Shown: positions 27,191-37,479, numbered from the stretch's first letter. The stretch is DNA of 64,000 nucleotides from Candidatus Omnitrophota bacterium (GCA_015494465.1 WGBD01000007.1:3009-67008), one strand, 5' to 3'. Numbers and translations: made by a program. The notes: generated by a model from the sequence alone, not told the origin.

Positions 27191-28387
27191 CTACTTGCCA
27201 AGTGCCTTCTTAAACGCCTTGGTAAGGGCAGGGACCACCTCAAACAGGTCCCCGACTATACCGTAATGGGCAACCGAGAATATGGGCGCGCTTGGATCGT
27301 TGTTTATCGCTACTATGCACTTGCTGGACTGCATGCCGACCAGGTGCTGTATCTGTCCGGATATACCCACCGCTATGTAGAGTTTGGGACAGACGGTCTT
27401 ACCGGTCTGACCTACCTGATGGGAATAGGGGATCCATCCCGCATCCACCGCGGCCCGGGAGGCGCCCACTGCAGCTCCCAAGACCTCTGCCAACTCCTCC
27501 AGTAGTTTGAAGTTCTCGGGCCCCCTCAAGCCCCTGCCTCCAGAGACGATTATGTCCGCCTCAGATAAGTTGACGGTAGAGGTGACCTCTTTGACTACCT
27601 CAAGGACCTTGGAGCGGACATCCAGATCACCTTCTTCCACCCGCTCTACTATGACCTCGCCCTTTCTGGCCTCATCCCGCTTCGCCTCGGGGAAGACCTT
27701 GTGCCTCACGGTGGCCATCTGGGGTCTGTGTCTCGGGGTGATGATAGTAGCCATTATGTTTCCCCCAAAGGCAGGCCGGGTCTGGAGGAGGTTTCTCGTC
27801 TCCGGGTCCACATCCAATCCGGTGCAGTCTGCGGTGAGTCCTGCCTGCAACTGCACCGCCACCCGGGACACCAAGGCCCGACCTATCGCAGTGGCCCCGG
27901 AAAGGACTATCTCCGGACGGTACTTCTTTATCAACCTGGTGAGGATAGAGGCGTACTCCTCGTCTACGAAGTGGCGCAGGGAGCTGTCCTCTACCAGATA
28001 GACATTGTCTGCCCCACGATATATCAATTCCTCCACCTGATCCTTAACATTCTCCCCTAATAGGACTGCCCCCACATAGGTGTTGAGTTTGTCCGCCAAC
28101 TCCCGGGCCTTGCCCAAGAGCTCAAAGACCACCGGCTGGACCTTGTTCTCCTTCTGCTCGGCAAATACCCACACTCCCCTCCAGTCCTCGAACTTGTCCC
28201 GCGGGCCTTCCTCGCGGATTATCTCCATGGCGTCGAACTTACACACCTCAACGCAGGCCCCGCATAGGGTACAGACTGCGGGGTCTACTACCGCCTTCTT
28301 CTCCTCGTCTATGTGGAGGGCACCAAAGGGACAGACCTGCACGCAGGCCTTACACCCAACGCACTTGTTCCTGTCTATCTTCAGCAT
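27191..28387 (-). CDS. etfA: Electron transfer flavoprotein alpha subunit with N-terminal 2x[4Fe-4S] ferredoxin domain
   Basis: CVGCKACVQVCP and CTLCGACVEVC, GLTADCT, RPAFGGN, SGGRG, QVGQTGKTV.P.LY.A.GISG.IQH. Confidence 0.93.
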   Translation of the reverse strand: MLKIDRNKCVGCKACVQVCPFGALHIDEEKKAVVDPAVCTLCGACVEVCKFDAMEIIREEGPRDKFEDWRGVWVFAEQKENKVQPVVFELLGKARELADKLNTYVGAVLLGENVKDQVEELIYRGADNVYLVEDSSLRHFVDEEYASILTRLIKKYRPEIVLSGATAIGRALVSRVAVQLQAGLTADCTGLDVDPETRNLLQTRPAFGGNIMATIITPRHRPQMATVRHKVFPEAKRDEARKGEVIVERVEEGDLDVRSKVLEVVKEVTSTVNLSEADIIVSGGRGLRGPENFKLLEELAEVLGAAVGASRAAVDAGWIPYSHQVGQTGKTVCPKLYIAVGISGQIQHLVGMQSSKCIVAINNDPSAPIFSVAHYGIVGDLFEVVPALTKAFKKALGK

Positions 28388-28403
28388 CGCTATCTCCTCT
28401 TTT

Positions 28404-29189
28404 CTACTTCAACAGGGGCAACAACTTCTCTACGAGTTTGTCTGCCATCTCTTCGGGTGATTCGCCCTCTATTATCTCGTGTTCACCCGTTCGCTCGGGA
28501 GTGAATATCTTTACCACCTGAGTCGGGGAACCCTTTAAGCCTATCTTGTCGGGATCGACATCCAGGTCCTCGGCGGTCCACCTGGGTATCTCTACCTTCT
28601 TGGCCCGCATCTTGCCTCTCAGCGAGGGAGGACGGGGCTCGTTTATCTCCTTTACCACGGTGAACAACGCGGGCAGGCTTACCTCTACCACATCGTAGCC
28701 TTCCTCGGTCATCCGTTCCACGACTGCCTTTTCCTCGTCTATGGAGACTATCTTCTTCACATAGGTAACCTGGGGCAGATCGAGGTGGGTGGCTATTCCC
28801 GGTCCGACCTGAGCGGTATCCCCGTCGGAGGCCTGCTTACCGCAGAGTATGAGGTCGTAATTGGCGATGCGATCTATCGCCCGGGATAGGGTATAACTGG
28901 TGGCATAGGTGTCGCTACCTGCAAAGGCCCTATCGGTTATGAGTATCGCCTCGTCCACCCCCATTGCGATGGCCTCTCGCAGGGCGGATTCTGCCTGAGG
29001 GGGGCCCATGGTGATGGCTATGACCTTGCCACCGTGTTTTTCTTTAAGGCGAATGCCTTCTTCTATGGCGTACATGTCAAAGGGGTTTATTATCGACTGC
29101 ACCCCTTCTCTGACGAGGGTATTGGTCTCGGGATTTATCTTCACATCCGCGGTGTCGGGGACCTGTTTTATGCAGACTATGATGTCCAT
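28404..29189 (-). CDS. etfB: Electron transfer flavoprotein beta subunit
   Basis: CIKQVPDT, INPFD, FAGSDT, GKQASDGDTAQVGP. ATG overlaps the acd stop (TAATG). Confidence 0.95.
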   Translation of the reverse strand: MDIIVCIKQVPDTADVKINPETNTLVREGVQSIINPFDMYAIEEGIRLKEKHGGKVIAITMGPPQAESALREAIAMGVDEAILITDRAFAGSDTYATSYTLSRAIDRIANYDLILCGKQASDGDTAQVGPGIATHLDLPQVTYVKKIVSIDEEKAVVERMTEEGYDVVEVSLPALFTVVKEINEPRPPSLRGKMRAKKVEIPRWTAEDLDVDPDKIGLKGSPTQVVKIFTPERTGEHEIIEGESPEEMADKLVEKLLPLLK

Positions 29190-30346
29190 TACTTCAGGGC
29201 CTCCTTTATGAGGTGCTGGGCGATGACATTTCTCTGTATCTGGTTGGTCCCTTCGTATATCTGGGTGATCTTCGCGTCGCGCATGAACTTTTCTACCGGA
29301 TACTCTTTCATGTATCCGTAGCCTCCAAACAATTGGACCGCATCGGTGGTCACCTCCATGGCAACATCCGAGGCGAACATCTTGGCCATAGCGGATTCCT
29401 TGGCTATGTCGGTGTGCCCGGCGTCGGCCATCCTGGCAACGCTGTAGACCAAGGCCCGCGCTGCCTCTATCTTGGTGGCCATGTCCGCCAGCATCCACTG
29501 TATCCCCTGAAACGAGGATATGGGCCTGCCGAACTGCTCACGCTTGCGGACATAGTCGAGGGCCAGGTCAAAGGCACCTTGGGCTATCCCCAAGGCCTGG
29601 GCAGCGACTCCCGGACGGGACATGTCGAAGGTCTTTAAGGTGATGATAAAGCCCATCCCCTCTCTCCCCAAGAGGTTTTCTTTGGGCACCTTGCACTCGT
29701 TGAATATCAGCTCCCGGGTGGCGGAGGCCCTTATACCCATCTTGTCCTCTTTCTTACCGAACTCAAACCCCGGCGTGCCCTTCTCAACTATAAAGGCCGA
29801 CGCCCCCCTCGGGCCTTTCGCCTTGTTGGTCATGGCGATGACCACATATATGTCCGCCTCACCACCGTTGGTGATGAAGTGCTTGGTCCCGTTCAATACA
29901 TAATAATCCCCTTCCTTACGAGCGGTGGTCTGGATGGCAGAGATGTCGCTTCCAGCGGAAGGCTCGGTGACCGCGAAGGCGGCGAGGGTACCTTCAGCAA
30001 CCCTGGGAAGGTACTTCTTCTTCTGCTCCTCGTTTCCGTAGAGTATTATGGGGAAGATCCCTAATGCGGTCGCTGCGTAGGTTACCGCCACTCCCCCGCA
30101 GGCCCGGGCCAATTGCTCGGTGACGAGACACAACTCCAGCATACCTTTGCCGTTCTCCACCAGTCCACCGTACTCCTCGGGCACGAACAACCTAAAGAAG
30201 TCCGACTGGGCCAGGATCTTCATTATCTCGTGAGGGAACTCGTTCTTCTCGTCCAGCTCCTGAGCCACGGGCATAACTTTATCTCTGGCTATCTCCCAGG
30301 CCAAGTCCCTTATCTCCTGCTGGAATTCGGTCAATAGGTAATCCAT
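29189..30346 (-). CDS. Acyl-CoA dehydrogenase (Bcd/CarC-like)
   Basis: FAVTEPSAGSD, NGTKHFITNGG, KMGIRAS.T, REQFG, QLFGGYGY, IYEGTNQIQR. SD AGAGGAGG before ATG 30346. Confidence 0.93.
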   Translation of the reverse strand: MDYLLTEFQQEIRDLAWEIARDKVMPVAQELDEKNEFPHEIMKILAQSDFFRLFVPEEYGGLVENGKGMLELCLVTEQLARACGGVAVTYAATALGIFPIILYGNEEQKKKYLPRVAEGTLAAFAVTEPSAGSDISAIQTTARKEGDYYVLNGTKHFITNGGEADIYVVIAMTNKAKGPRGASAFIVEKGTPGFEFGKKEDKMGIRASATRELIFNECKVPKENLLGREGMGFIITLKTFDMSRPGVAAQALGIAQGAFDLALDYVRKREQFGRPISSFQGIQWMLADMATKIEAARALVYSVARMADAGHTDIAKESAMAKMFASDVAMEVTTDAVQLFGGYGYMKEYPVEKFMRDAKITQIYEGTNQIQRNVIAQHLIKEALK

Positions 30347-30372
30347 ATCTGCCTCCTCTAAATATCCGACCT

Positions 30373-31620
30373 CTACCCCTCGAACTTCTTCACCACAACT
30401 GTGGCGTTGTGGCCCCCAAAGCCAAGCGAATTGGACATGGCAACCCTGACCTCCATCTCCCGCATCTGATTTGGAACATAATCGAGATCGCATTCGGGAT
30501 CAGGATTACGATAGTTTATGGTCGGATGCACTCTATCCTCGTAGACGCTCAATGCAGTGGCCACGAGCTCTACTGCCCCCGCTGCACCGAGCAGGTGCCC
30601 AGTCATGGACTTGGTGGAGCTGATGGCCAGCTTATAGGCGTGATCACCGAACACCTTCTTTATCGCCAGGGTCTCCAGTTTGTCGTTCAGCTTGGTGGAT
30701 GTGCCGTGGGCGTTGATGTAGTCGACATCCTCTGGTTTTAGGCCTGCATCCTCCAGGGCCAAGGCCATTGCCCTGGCTCCACCCTCTGCCTCGGGATGTG
30801 GTGCGGTCATGTGATAGGCATCCCCAGTCATCGCGTAACCTACTACCTCTGCGTAGATCCTCGCCCCTCGTTTTTTGGCGTGTTCGAGCTCTTCCAATAT
30901 AACTATACCCGCACCTTCTCCCATGACGAAACCGTTCCGCGTAGCGTCGAAGGGACGAGACGCGGTTTCGGGTTGGTCGTTGTAAGTGGATAGGGCCTTA
31001 GCAGCACAAAAACCACCTATACCCACCGGGGTAATCGCTGCCTCCGTTCCGCCCGCAAACATCACATCTGCGTAGCCCGATTGCACGATCCTAAAGGCAT
31101 CGCCTATCGCGTGGGTACCGGTCGCACAGGCGGTCGAGACGCAGGTATTGGGGCCCTTTAGTCCCATGTATATGGAAACCATACCCGAGGCAAGGTTAAC
31201 GATCATCATGGGTATGGTAAAAGGAGACATCCTGCTGGGGCCTTTTTCTAAAAGGACTAACAACTCCCTCTCCAAGGTGTGCACTCCACCGATCCCTGAA
31301 CCGATGATCACCCCCGCCCTATAGGCCTCAGGGGCCTCAAACGGTAAAGGAAGCCCTGCATCCTTACCTGCCTGAAAGGAGGCATGGAGGGCGAATTGTA
31401 TAAACCTGTCCATCCTCCTCAATTCCTTCTTAGGCAGGTAATCGGAGGCGTCGAACTCTACGATCTCACCTGCTATCTGGGAGTCAAAGGCACTAGGATC
31501 GAAGGAACTTATCCGCCTTATCCCGCTTTTCCCCGAGAGAAGGGCCTGCCAAAACTCCTCTTTCCCAATGCCAACGGGCGAAACGACACCCAGACCGGTG
31601 ATTACGACCCTGCGCTTCAT
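30373..31620 (-). CDS. fabF: 3-oxoacyl-ACP synthase II
   Basis: STACATG (Cys), NAHGTST, KSMTGHLLGAAG, NSLGFGGHN. Confidence 0.96.
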   Translation of the reverse strand: MKRRVVITGLGVVSPVGIGKEEFWQALLSGKSGIRRISSFDPSAFDSQIAGEIVEFDASDYLPKKELRRMDRFIQFALHASFQAGKDAGLPLPFEAPEAYRAGVIIGSGIGGVHTLERELLVLLEKGPSRMSPFTIPMMIVNLASGMVSIYMGLKGPNTCVSTACATGTHAIGDAFRIVQSGYADVMFAGGTEAAITPVGIGGFCAAKALSTYNDQPETASRPFDATRNGFVMGEGAGIVILEELEHAKKRGARIYAEVVGYAMTGDAYHMTAPHPEAEGGARAMALALEDAGLKPEDVDYINAHGTSTKLNDKLETLAIKKVFGDHAYKLAISSTKSMTGHLLGAAGAVELVATALSVYEDRVHPTINYRNPDPECDLDYVPNQMREMEVRVAMSNSLGFGGHNATVVVKKFEG

Positions 31621-31642
31621 GGATTGTCGGAAGGGATTGCGA

Positions 31643-31885
31643 CTAGCTGTTAGCCAACTTTTCCTCTATGTACTTTATAGCATCCCCCACGGTGGAGATC
31701 TTCTCTGCGTCCTCGTCGGGGATCTCCATGCCAAACTCGTCTTCAAGGGCCATGACCAATTCAACGGTATCCAGGGAGTCGGCCCCAAGGTCGTTCACGA
31801 AGGAAGACTCAGGCTTGACCTCCTCTTCCCGGACGCCCAACTGCTCTGCTACGATCTTGATCACCTTCTGTGCGACATCGGACAT
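31643..31885 (-). CDS. acpP: Acyl carrier protein
   Basis: [17 protein letters not shown] phosphopantetheine motif. Confidence 0.97.
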   Translation of the reverse strand: MSDVAQKVIKIVAEQLGVREEEVKPESSFVNDLGADSLDTVELVMALEDEFGMEIPDEDAEKISTVGDAIKYIEEKLANS

Positions 31886-31905
31886 AACCGCCTCCTTTTT
31901 TTAAA

Positions 31906-32661
31906 TTAAACCATTCCCCCGTCCACCAAAATCGTCTGACCAGTTATGTAATCGGATAAGGAACTGGCCAGGAAAAGGCAGGTATTGGCCACATCTCTGG
32001 GTTCCCCTAACCTCTTAAGAGGTATGTTGGACATAAGCCTTGCCTTTACCTCTTCCGAAAGAACCTCGGTCATCTTGGTCTTTATAAAGCCCGGGGCTAT
32101 TGCGTTTACGTTTATCCCCCGCGAAGCCAACTCCTTGGCGACGGTCTTGGTGAAGGCGATCACGCCACCTTTTGAGGCAGAGTAATTCGCCTGCCCCACA
32201 TTTCCCATTACGCCTACCACCGACGCGATGTTTATTATCTTACCCGAGCGCTGTTTCATCATGACCTTGGCCACCGCCCGGGTAACGAGAAAGACCCCTT
32301 TAAGGTTGACCGCCAGCACCGCATCCCAGTCCTCTTCTTTCATTCTCACGAGGAGATTGTCCCGGGTGATGCCGGCGTTGTTAACTAATATATCAACTCT
32401 CCCCCATTTGTCAACAACTTTGTCCACCAGTTCCTGCACCTGTTTATCGTCGACAACATTGGTTGCTGCGTAGATGCACTCAGCCCCAAGGGCCTCCAGT
32501 TCCTTGCAGGCCTCCTGCAGGTCTGCCTCGTTCAGATCGCAGATGCATATCCTGGCCTCGTGCTCGGCAAATACCCGTGCGATCTCCCTTCCTATCCCCC
32601 GCGCACCTCCGGTTATGAGCACCACCTTTCCTGCGATGTCCTGAGAGAACTCGTAAGCCAT
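31906..32661 (-). CDS. fabG: 3-oxoacyl-ACP reductase
   Basis: TGGARGIG, NNAGITRD, NYSASK, APGFI.T.MT. Upstream of acpP. Confidence 0.95.
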   Translation of the reverse strand: MAYEFSQDIAGKVVLITGGARGIGREIARVFAEHEARICICDLNEADLQEACKELEALGAECIYAATNVVDDKQVQELVDKVVDKWGRVDILVNNAGITRDNLLVRMKEEDWDAVLAVNLKGVFLVTRAVAKVMMKQRSGKIINIASVVGVMGNVGQANYSASKGGVIAFTKTVAKELASRGINVNAIAPGFIKTKMTEVLSEEVKARLMSNIPLKRLGEPRDVANTCLFLASSLSDYITGQTILVDGGMV

Positions 32662-32676
32662 CTCTATGCCTCCTGT

Positions 32677-35109
32677 TTAAGACACCACCAAGTTTACCAA
32701 CTTGTTTGGGACCACTATCACCTTCCTTACCTCTTTCCCCTCGAGATAGCGTTTTACCTCTTCCTTGGCAGAGGTTTCTACCTCCTCCCGCGAGGCACCA
32801 GCGGGTAGTTTTACCCTGCCCCGCACCTTTCCGTTCACCTGCACCACCCACTCAATCACATCCTCCTTGAGGTACTCGGGATCGTATTCCGGCCACGGGT
32901 GGTTCACCAACGGACCCTTGCCTCCTATCCTCTCCCACATCTCCTCGCATGTGTGGGGGACGAAGGGGTAGAGAAGGAGTATCAACGACTTCAATGCGGT
33001 CATAAAGACATCCTTGGGTATCCCCTGGTCCCTGCGTTCGTAGATAAGGTTGACCAACTCCATAATGGAACTGACCGCGGTGTTGAAGTGGAAGTCCCCT
33101 TCCATGTCCGCGGTCACTTTCTTTATGGTGCTGTGGACCTTCTTCAAGATTATCCTGCCCACCTCCGGATCCTCTTTCTCGCCGAGGTCCTCGTAAAGTT
33201 GGAGAAGGTTCCAGACCCGGTTGAGGAACCTCCACACGCCCTCAACCGCCCTGTCGTTCCACTCCGCGTCCTTGTCCGGCGGACCTATGAAAAGGATGTA
33301 TAGTCTCATCGTATCCGCACCGAATCTCTCTATCAGGGCATCGGGGCTGACGACATTCCCCTTGGACTTGGACATCTTGGCCCCGTCTTTGATGATCATC
33401 CCCTGGGTAAACAACCTCTCAAAGGGCTCAACGAAACCGACATAGCCCAGATCGTAAAGGACCTTGGTGATGAAGCGGGAGTACATCAGGTGAAGTATCG
33501 CGTGCTCGACCCCGCCTATGTACTGATCCACCGGAAGCCACTTATCGACGAGTTCAGAGTCAAAGGGCTTGTCCTCGTCGTGCGGTGATATGTACCTGAG
33601 GTAGTACCAGCTGGAGTCCACGAAGGTGTCCATGGTATCAGTCTCCCGCCTTGCGGGAGCACCGCACCTCGGACAGGTGGTGTTGACGAACTCCTCTACA
33701 TACCTGAGCGGGGACTCGCCGGTGGGTCGGAACTCCACCACATCGGGTAAGAGGACCGGCAGGTCCTCTTCCGGGACCGGGACTATTCCACACTTATCAC
33801 AATAGATTATAGGTATAGGCGCGCCCCAGTACCTCTGTCTGGATATTAACCAGTCCCGCAGGCGGTAATTGACCTTCCTCCTGCCCCAACCGTTCTCCTC
33901 TATCCAGTCCGCAATCCTCTCCTTGGCGGTCTCGCTGTCCATCCCGTTGAACTGGGCAGAGTTGACCATAATCCCGCTATCCTCCCATGCGGACTGGGAC
34001 AGATCCGCCTCGTCGTGGTGGACTACCTCAATAATCTCTAGATTGTAGCGCCTGGCGAACTCCCAATCCCTCTGATCGTGGGCGGGAACTGCCATAACCG
34101 CTCCGGTGCCGTACTCAGTAACCACATAGTTGCCCACCCACAAAGGAACGCGCCTGCCGTTCACCGGGTTTATCACGAACAGTCCGGTAGAAATCCCCTT
34201 CTTGTCCGCTACCGCTCCCCTATCCCTATGGCGCTCCCTCAGGACCTCGTCTATGAATTCCCTAACCGCATTACGGTTGGGACTCATGGCGAGGATCTCG
34301 TCTATGTACTGATAGTCCGGTGCCACGACCACATAGGTAACACCGAATATCGTGTCTATTCGGGTGGTAAAGCAGGTTATCCTGAGGTCCGATCCCTCCA
34401 AGGGAAATTCTATCTCCACGCCCTCGCTCCTGCCGATCCAATTCTTCTGCATCAGCTTTACGCGGGCAGGCCAGTGTTCCAACAGTTCCAGATCGTCGAG
34501 TAGCCTCTGGGCGTAGTCGGTTATCTTGAAAAACCACTGCTCCAATTCCCTCTGTTGGACGGGTGTGGAGCACCTCTCACAGGCCCCGTCTATCACCTGC
34601 TCGTTCGCCAGGACCGTATTGCAGGAGGGGCACCAGTTCACCGCTGCCTTCTTCTTGTAGGCCAGTCCCTTTTCGTAGAGTTTCAGGAACAGCCACTGCG
34701 TCCACTTGTAATAGTCCGGCAGGCAGGTGGTTATCTCCCGGTCCCAGTCGTATCCTATCCCCCAGCTCTTTAACTGGCTCTTTATGCGGGAGATGTTGCG
34801 CAAGGTCCAATCCTTAGGGTGGATCTGATGCTTTATCGCTGCGTTCTCCGCCGGCAATCCGAAGGCATCCCAACCCATCGGGGAGAGGACGACGAACCCC
34901 CGCATCCGTTTGTATCTGGAGACCGCATCGCCTATCACATAATTCCGGGCGTGGCCCACGTGCAACTCCGCAGACGGATAGGGGAACATAACCAGGGAAT
35001 AATACTTTTTCTCCTTAGGCGTGCTGGCAACATCTACATTGAAGACCCTCTCCGCATCCCAGCGCCTCTGCCACTTTCTCTCTATCTCTCCAAACGGATA
35101 ACCCATCAC
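32677..35109 (-). CDS. leuS: Leucine-tRNA ligase
   Basis: MFPYPS..HVGH, GWDAFGLPAENAA, DWLISRQRYWG, KMSKS. Confidence 0.97.
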   Translation of the reverse strand: MMGYPFGEIERKWQRRWDAERVFNVDVASTPKEKKYYSLVMFPYPSAELHVGHARNYVIGDAVSRYKRMRGFVVLSPMGWDAFGLPAENAAIKHQIHPKDWTLRNISRIKSQLKSWGIGYDWDREITTCLPDYYKWTQWLFLKLYEKGLAYKKKAAVNWCPSCNTVLANEQVIDGACERCSTPVQQRELEQWFFKITDYAQRLLDDLELLEHWPARVKLMQKNWIGRSEGVEIEFPLEGSDLRITCFTTRIDTIFGVTYVVVAPDYQYIDEILAMSPNRNAVREFIDEVLRERHRDRGAVADKKGISTGLFVINPVNGRRVPLWVGNYVVTEYGTGAVMAVPAHDQRDWEFARRYNLEIIEVVHHDEADLSQSAWEDSGIMVNSAQFNGMDSETAKERIADWIEENGWGRRKVNYRLRDWLISRQRYWGAPIPIIYCDKCGIVPVPEEDLPVLLPDVVEFRPTGESPLRYVEEFVNTTCPRCGAPARRETDTMDTFVDSSWYYLRYISPHDEDKPFDSELVDKWLPVDQYIGGVEHAILHLMYSRFITKVLYDLGYVGFVEPFERLFTQGMIIKDGAKMSKSKGNVVSPDALIERFGADTMRLYILFIGPPDKDAEWNDRAVEGVWRFLNRVWNLLQLYEDLGEKEDPEVGRIILKKVHSTIKKVTADMEGDFHFNTAVSSIMELVNLIYERRDQGIPKDVFMTALKSLILLLYPFVPHTCEEMWERIGGKGPLVNHPWPEYDPEYLKEDVIEWVVQVNGKVRGRVKLPAGASREEVETSAKEEVKRYLEGKEVRKVIVVPNKLVNLVVS

Positions 35110-35133
35110 AACCCCCTTGATAAGGCCATCCTA

Positions 35134-36195
35134 TCAGTCCTCCACGGGATACGATCCCAAGACTTTCATAAACTTACACCTTTTCTCCAATTCGTCAAGT
35201 GCCAGTTTCACCCGCTCTTCCTCGACATGCCCTTCGAAGTCTAAGAAGAAGTAGTAATCCCAGGCCTTTACCTTGGAGGGTCTAGACTCTATCTTGGTGA
35301 GGTTGATCCCCCTGCGCTTGAAGGGCAGTAGCATGTGGTGCAAGGCCCCAACCTCGTCCTTTATGGAAAACAGGATCGATGTCTTGTCCTTACCCGTGGG
35401 TCGGGAGATGTGCTCGCCTATCACCAGGAATCGGGTATAGTTGTGGGGAAAGTCCTCTATGGAGCGGGCCAAGACCTTCAGCCCGTAGGTCCTGGCTGCC
35501 AACAAGCTGGCTATAGCCCCTGCGCCCTTTTCCTTCTTGGCCAACTGGGCAGCGTAGGTGGTGCTCGGCACCTCCTTCAGCTCTACCCCTGGAAGGTTGG
35601 CCTCCAACCACATCCTACACTGACCGAAGACTATGGGATGGGAATAGACCCTCTTTATCTTCCTCAATTCGCAATTGGCCAGGAGATTGTGGGATATCTC
35701 AAGCATAATCTGGGAGCATATCTTCAGGTCGGTGTCTATGAACATGTCCAGGGTGTAGGTCACCGCACCTTCTATCGAGTTCTCCACCGGTACCACGCCG
35801 TAATCTGCCTGTCCTTTCTCCACCACCGCAAAGACATCCCTTATGTTGAGACACGGGCTGTACTCGGGACCAGAACCAAAGCGCTTTTTGGCTGCTTCGT
35901 GGGTAAACGAGGCCTCTGGACCCAGGTAGGCGATCGTAAGCCTTCTCTGTAAGGCAAGGGAGGCGGATATTATCTCCCTGTAGATCGCCTCCAGGGCCTC
36001 GGGAGGCAGTGGTCCGCTGGAAAACGACTTCACCTTCTCCAAGAGTTCTGCCTCCCTAGCTGGATCGAATATGGGATAATTATTCCTGCGCTTTACCTGC
36101 CCGATCTTCTGACTCAACCTGGCCCTGCGGTTCAGAAGGGCGACTATCTTCTGATCCAGGGCCTCTATCTGGTCTCGCAACTTCTCCAAGTCCAA
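35134..36195 (-). CDS. pheA: Chorismate mutase/prephenate dehydratase
   Basis: N-terminal CM domain (LR..I..LD), YLGP, PVENS.EG, NYTRF, ACT domain NLTKIESRP. TTG start with SD AGGAGGT. Confidence 0.94.
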   Translation of the reverse strand: MDLEKLRDQIEALDQKIVALLNRRARLSQKIGQVKRRNNYPIFDPAREAELLEKVKSFSSGPLPPEALEAIYREIISASLALQRRLTIAYLGPEASFTHEAAKKRFGSGPEYSPCLNIRDVFAVVEKGQADYGVVPVENSIEGAVTYTLDMFIDTDLKICSQIMLEISHNLLANCELRKIKRVYSHPIVFGQCRMWLEANLPGVELKEVPSTTYAAQLAKKEKGAGAIASLLAARTYGLKVLARSIEDFPHNYTRFLVIGEHISRPTGKDKTSILFSIKDEVGALHHMLLPFKRRGINLTKIESRPSKVKAWDYYFFLDFEGHVEEERVKLALDELEKRCKFMKVLGSYPVED

Positions 36196-36754
36196 GGTCT
36201 ACCTCCTCCTGAGTCAATTCACCCAAGACATGTTCAAATTCCTCTAACTTCGGCAACTCGTCTAACGAGCCCAACCCGAAGTAATCCAAAAACTGTTCGG
36301 TCGTGGCGTACAAGAAGGGACGGCCCGGAACCTCCTTCCTCCCCTCTATCTTTATCAATCCCTTCTCGAACAGCCCCTTTATCACCCCGTCACAGGCAAC
36401 CCCTCTTATCTGCTCTATCTCTACCTTGGTTATAGGCTGGCGATAGGCGATGATGGCAAGGGTCTCCAGGGCTGCCCGGCTGAGCCTTTCCTGGCGGTAT
36501 ATGGAATACAGCTTCCGTATCCAAGAGGAGAACTCCGAGAGCACGAATATCCTGTAGCCGTTGGCAATCTTACGGATGCGAAAGCTCCGGTTGGTCTCTT
36601 CGTAGATGCGATTTAATTCATCTATTACGGTAGGGACATCCGAAGGCTTCAGGTCCATTCCGACCACCTCGCACAGCTCCTTGGGGCTCATGGGGTGGTC
36701 TGCAACCATTAGCAAGGCCTCTATCAAGCGCATAAGCTCCTGATCAACGCTCAT
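36080..36754 (-). CDS. scpB: SMC-Scp complex subunit ScpB
   Basis: LSRAALETLAIIAYRQPIT..EIEQIRGV, GRP.LY.TT..FL..FGL. Confidence 0.93.
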   Translation of the reverse strand: MSVDQELMRLIEALLMVADHPMSPKELCEVVGMDLKPSDVPTVIDELNRIYEETNRSFRIRKIANGYRIFVLSEFSSWIRKLYSIYRQERLSRAALETLAIIAYRQPITKVEIEQIRGVACDGVIKGLFEKGLIKIEGRKEVPGRPFLYATTEQFLDYFGLGSLDELPKLEEFEHVLGELTQEEVDLGLGEVARPDRGPGSEDSRPSEPQGQVESEDRAGKAQE

Positions 36755-37479
36755 GATAGCACCACCTGCTCGTTCCGGTACAATTCTATGTCCCCAAAGG
36801 GGCTGGTCTGCCTTATCAGGACCTCACCCAGTCGCACCAACTCTAGGACCGCAAGGAATATGGCAACTATCTCCAGCCTGCTCCTGGCACGGGCAAACAG
36901 GGCATTTACTCGGATGTGCCTGTGATCCAGTAAAAGGTGGAGCAACTCGTGGATCTTCTCCTCTACGGTGTAGTGTTCCATCACTATCTCGTGGACTGCA
37001 CTTACATCGTTCACGCTGTGGAGGACCCGAGAAAAGGCGGTGAGGAGCTCGAATACATTGTTGGCGAGGACGATCTCGTCGGGTTCGAACACCTCGTCTA
37101 CTTCGGGAAAGACCCTCCGGGGAAACCAGTCCTGCCTCTCTTCCTCCCTCTCCCTGAAGTACTTGGCCAGCTCCTTGAAGAGCTGGTACTCTACTAGCCG
37201 GTCCACCAGCTCCTTGCGCGGGTCTTCCTGTTCCCCCTCCTCCTCTTGAGGTGTAGGGAGCAACATGCGCGACTTTATCTGCATAAGGGTGGCTGCCATT
37301 ACTAGATAATCACCCGCCACATTAATGTCCAGGGCTCGCATCATCTCTATGTACCGCAGGTATTGCTCGGTTATGTAGGCGATGGGTATGTCGTAGATGT
37401 TTATCTCGTTCTTCTTGATGAGGTAAAGCAGGAGGTCCAACGGCCCCTCAAATATGTCCAGCTTTACTTCGTAGGACAT
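36751..37479 (-). CDS. scpA: SMC-Scp complex subunit ScpA
   Basis: FEGPLDLLL.LI, YLVMAATL..IKSR.LLP, FLAVLEL. Confidence 0.93.
   Translation of the reverse strand: MSYEVKLDIFEGPLDLLLYLIKKNEINIYDIPIAYITEQYLRYIEMMRALDINVAGDYLVMAATLMQIKSRMLLPTPQEEEGEQEDPRKELVDRLVEYQLFKELAKYFREREEERQDWFPRRVFPEVDEVFEPDEIVLANNVFELLTAFSRVLHSVNDVSAVHEIVMEHYTVEEKIHELLHLLLDHRHIRVNALFARARSRLEIVAIFLAVLELVRLGEVLIRQTSPFGDIELYRNEQVVLS

Noticed and set aside
29190-29498. Apparent 100-aa N-terminal extension of EtfB, and similar extensions on acd, argD, folE, pilD, purC and the formyltransferase
   Set aside because: Artefacts of longest-ORF calling. Downstream ATGs match family N-termini and have SD sites, coupling or promoters.
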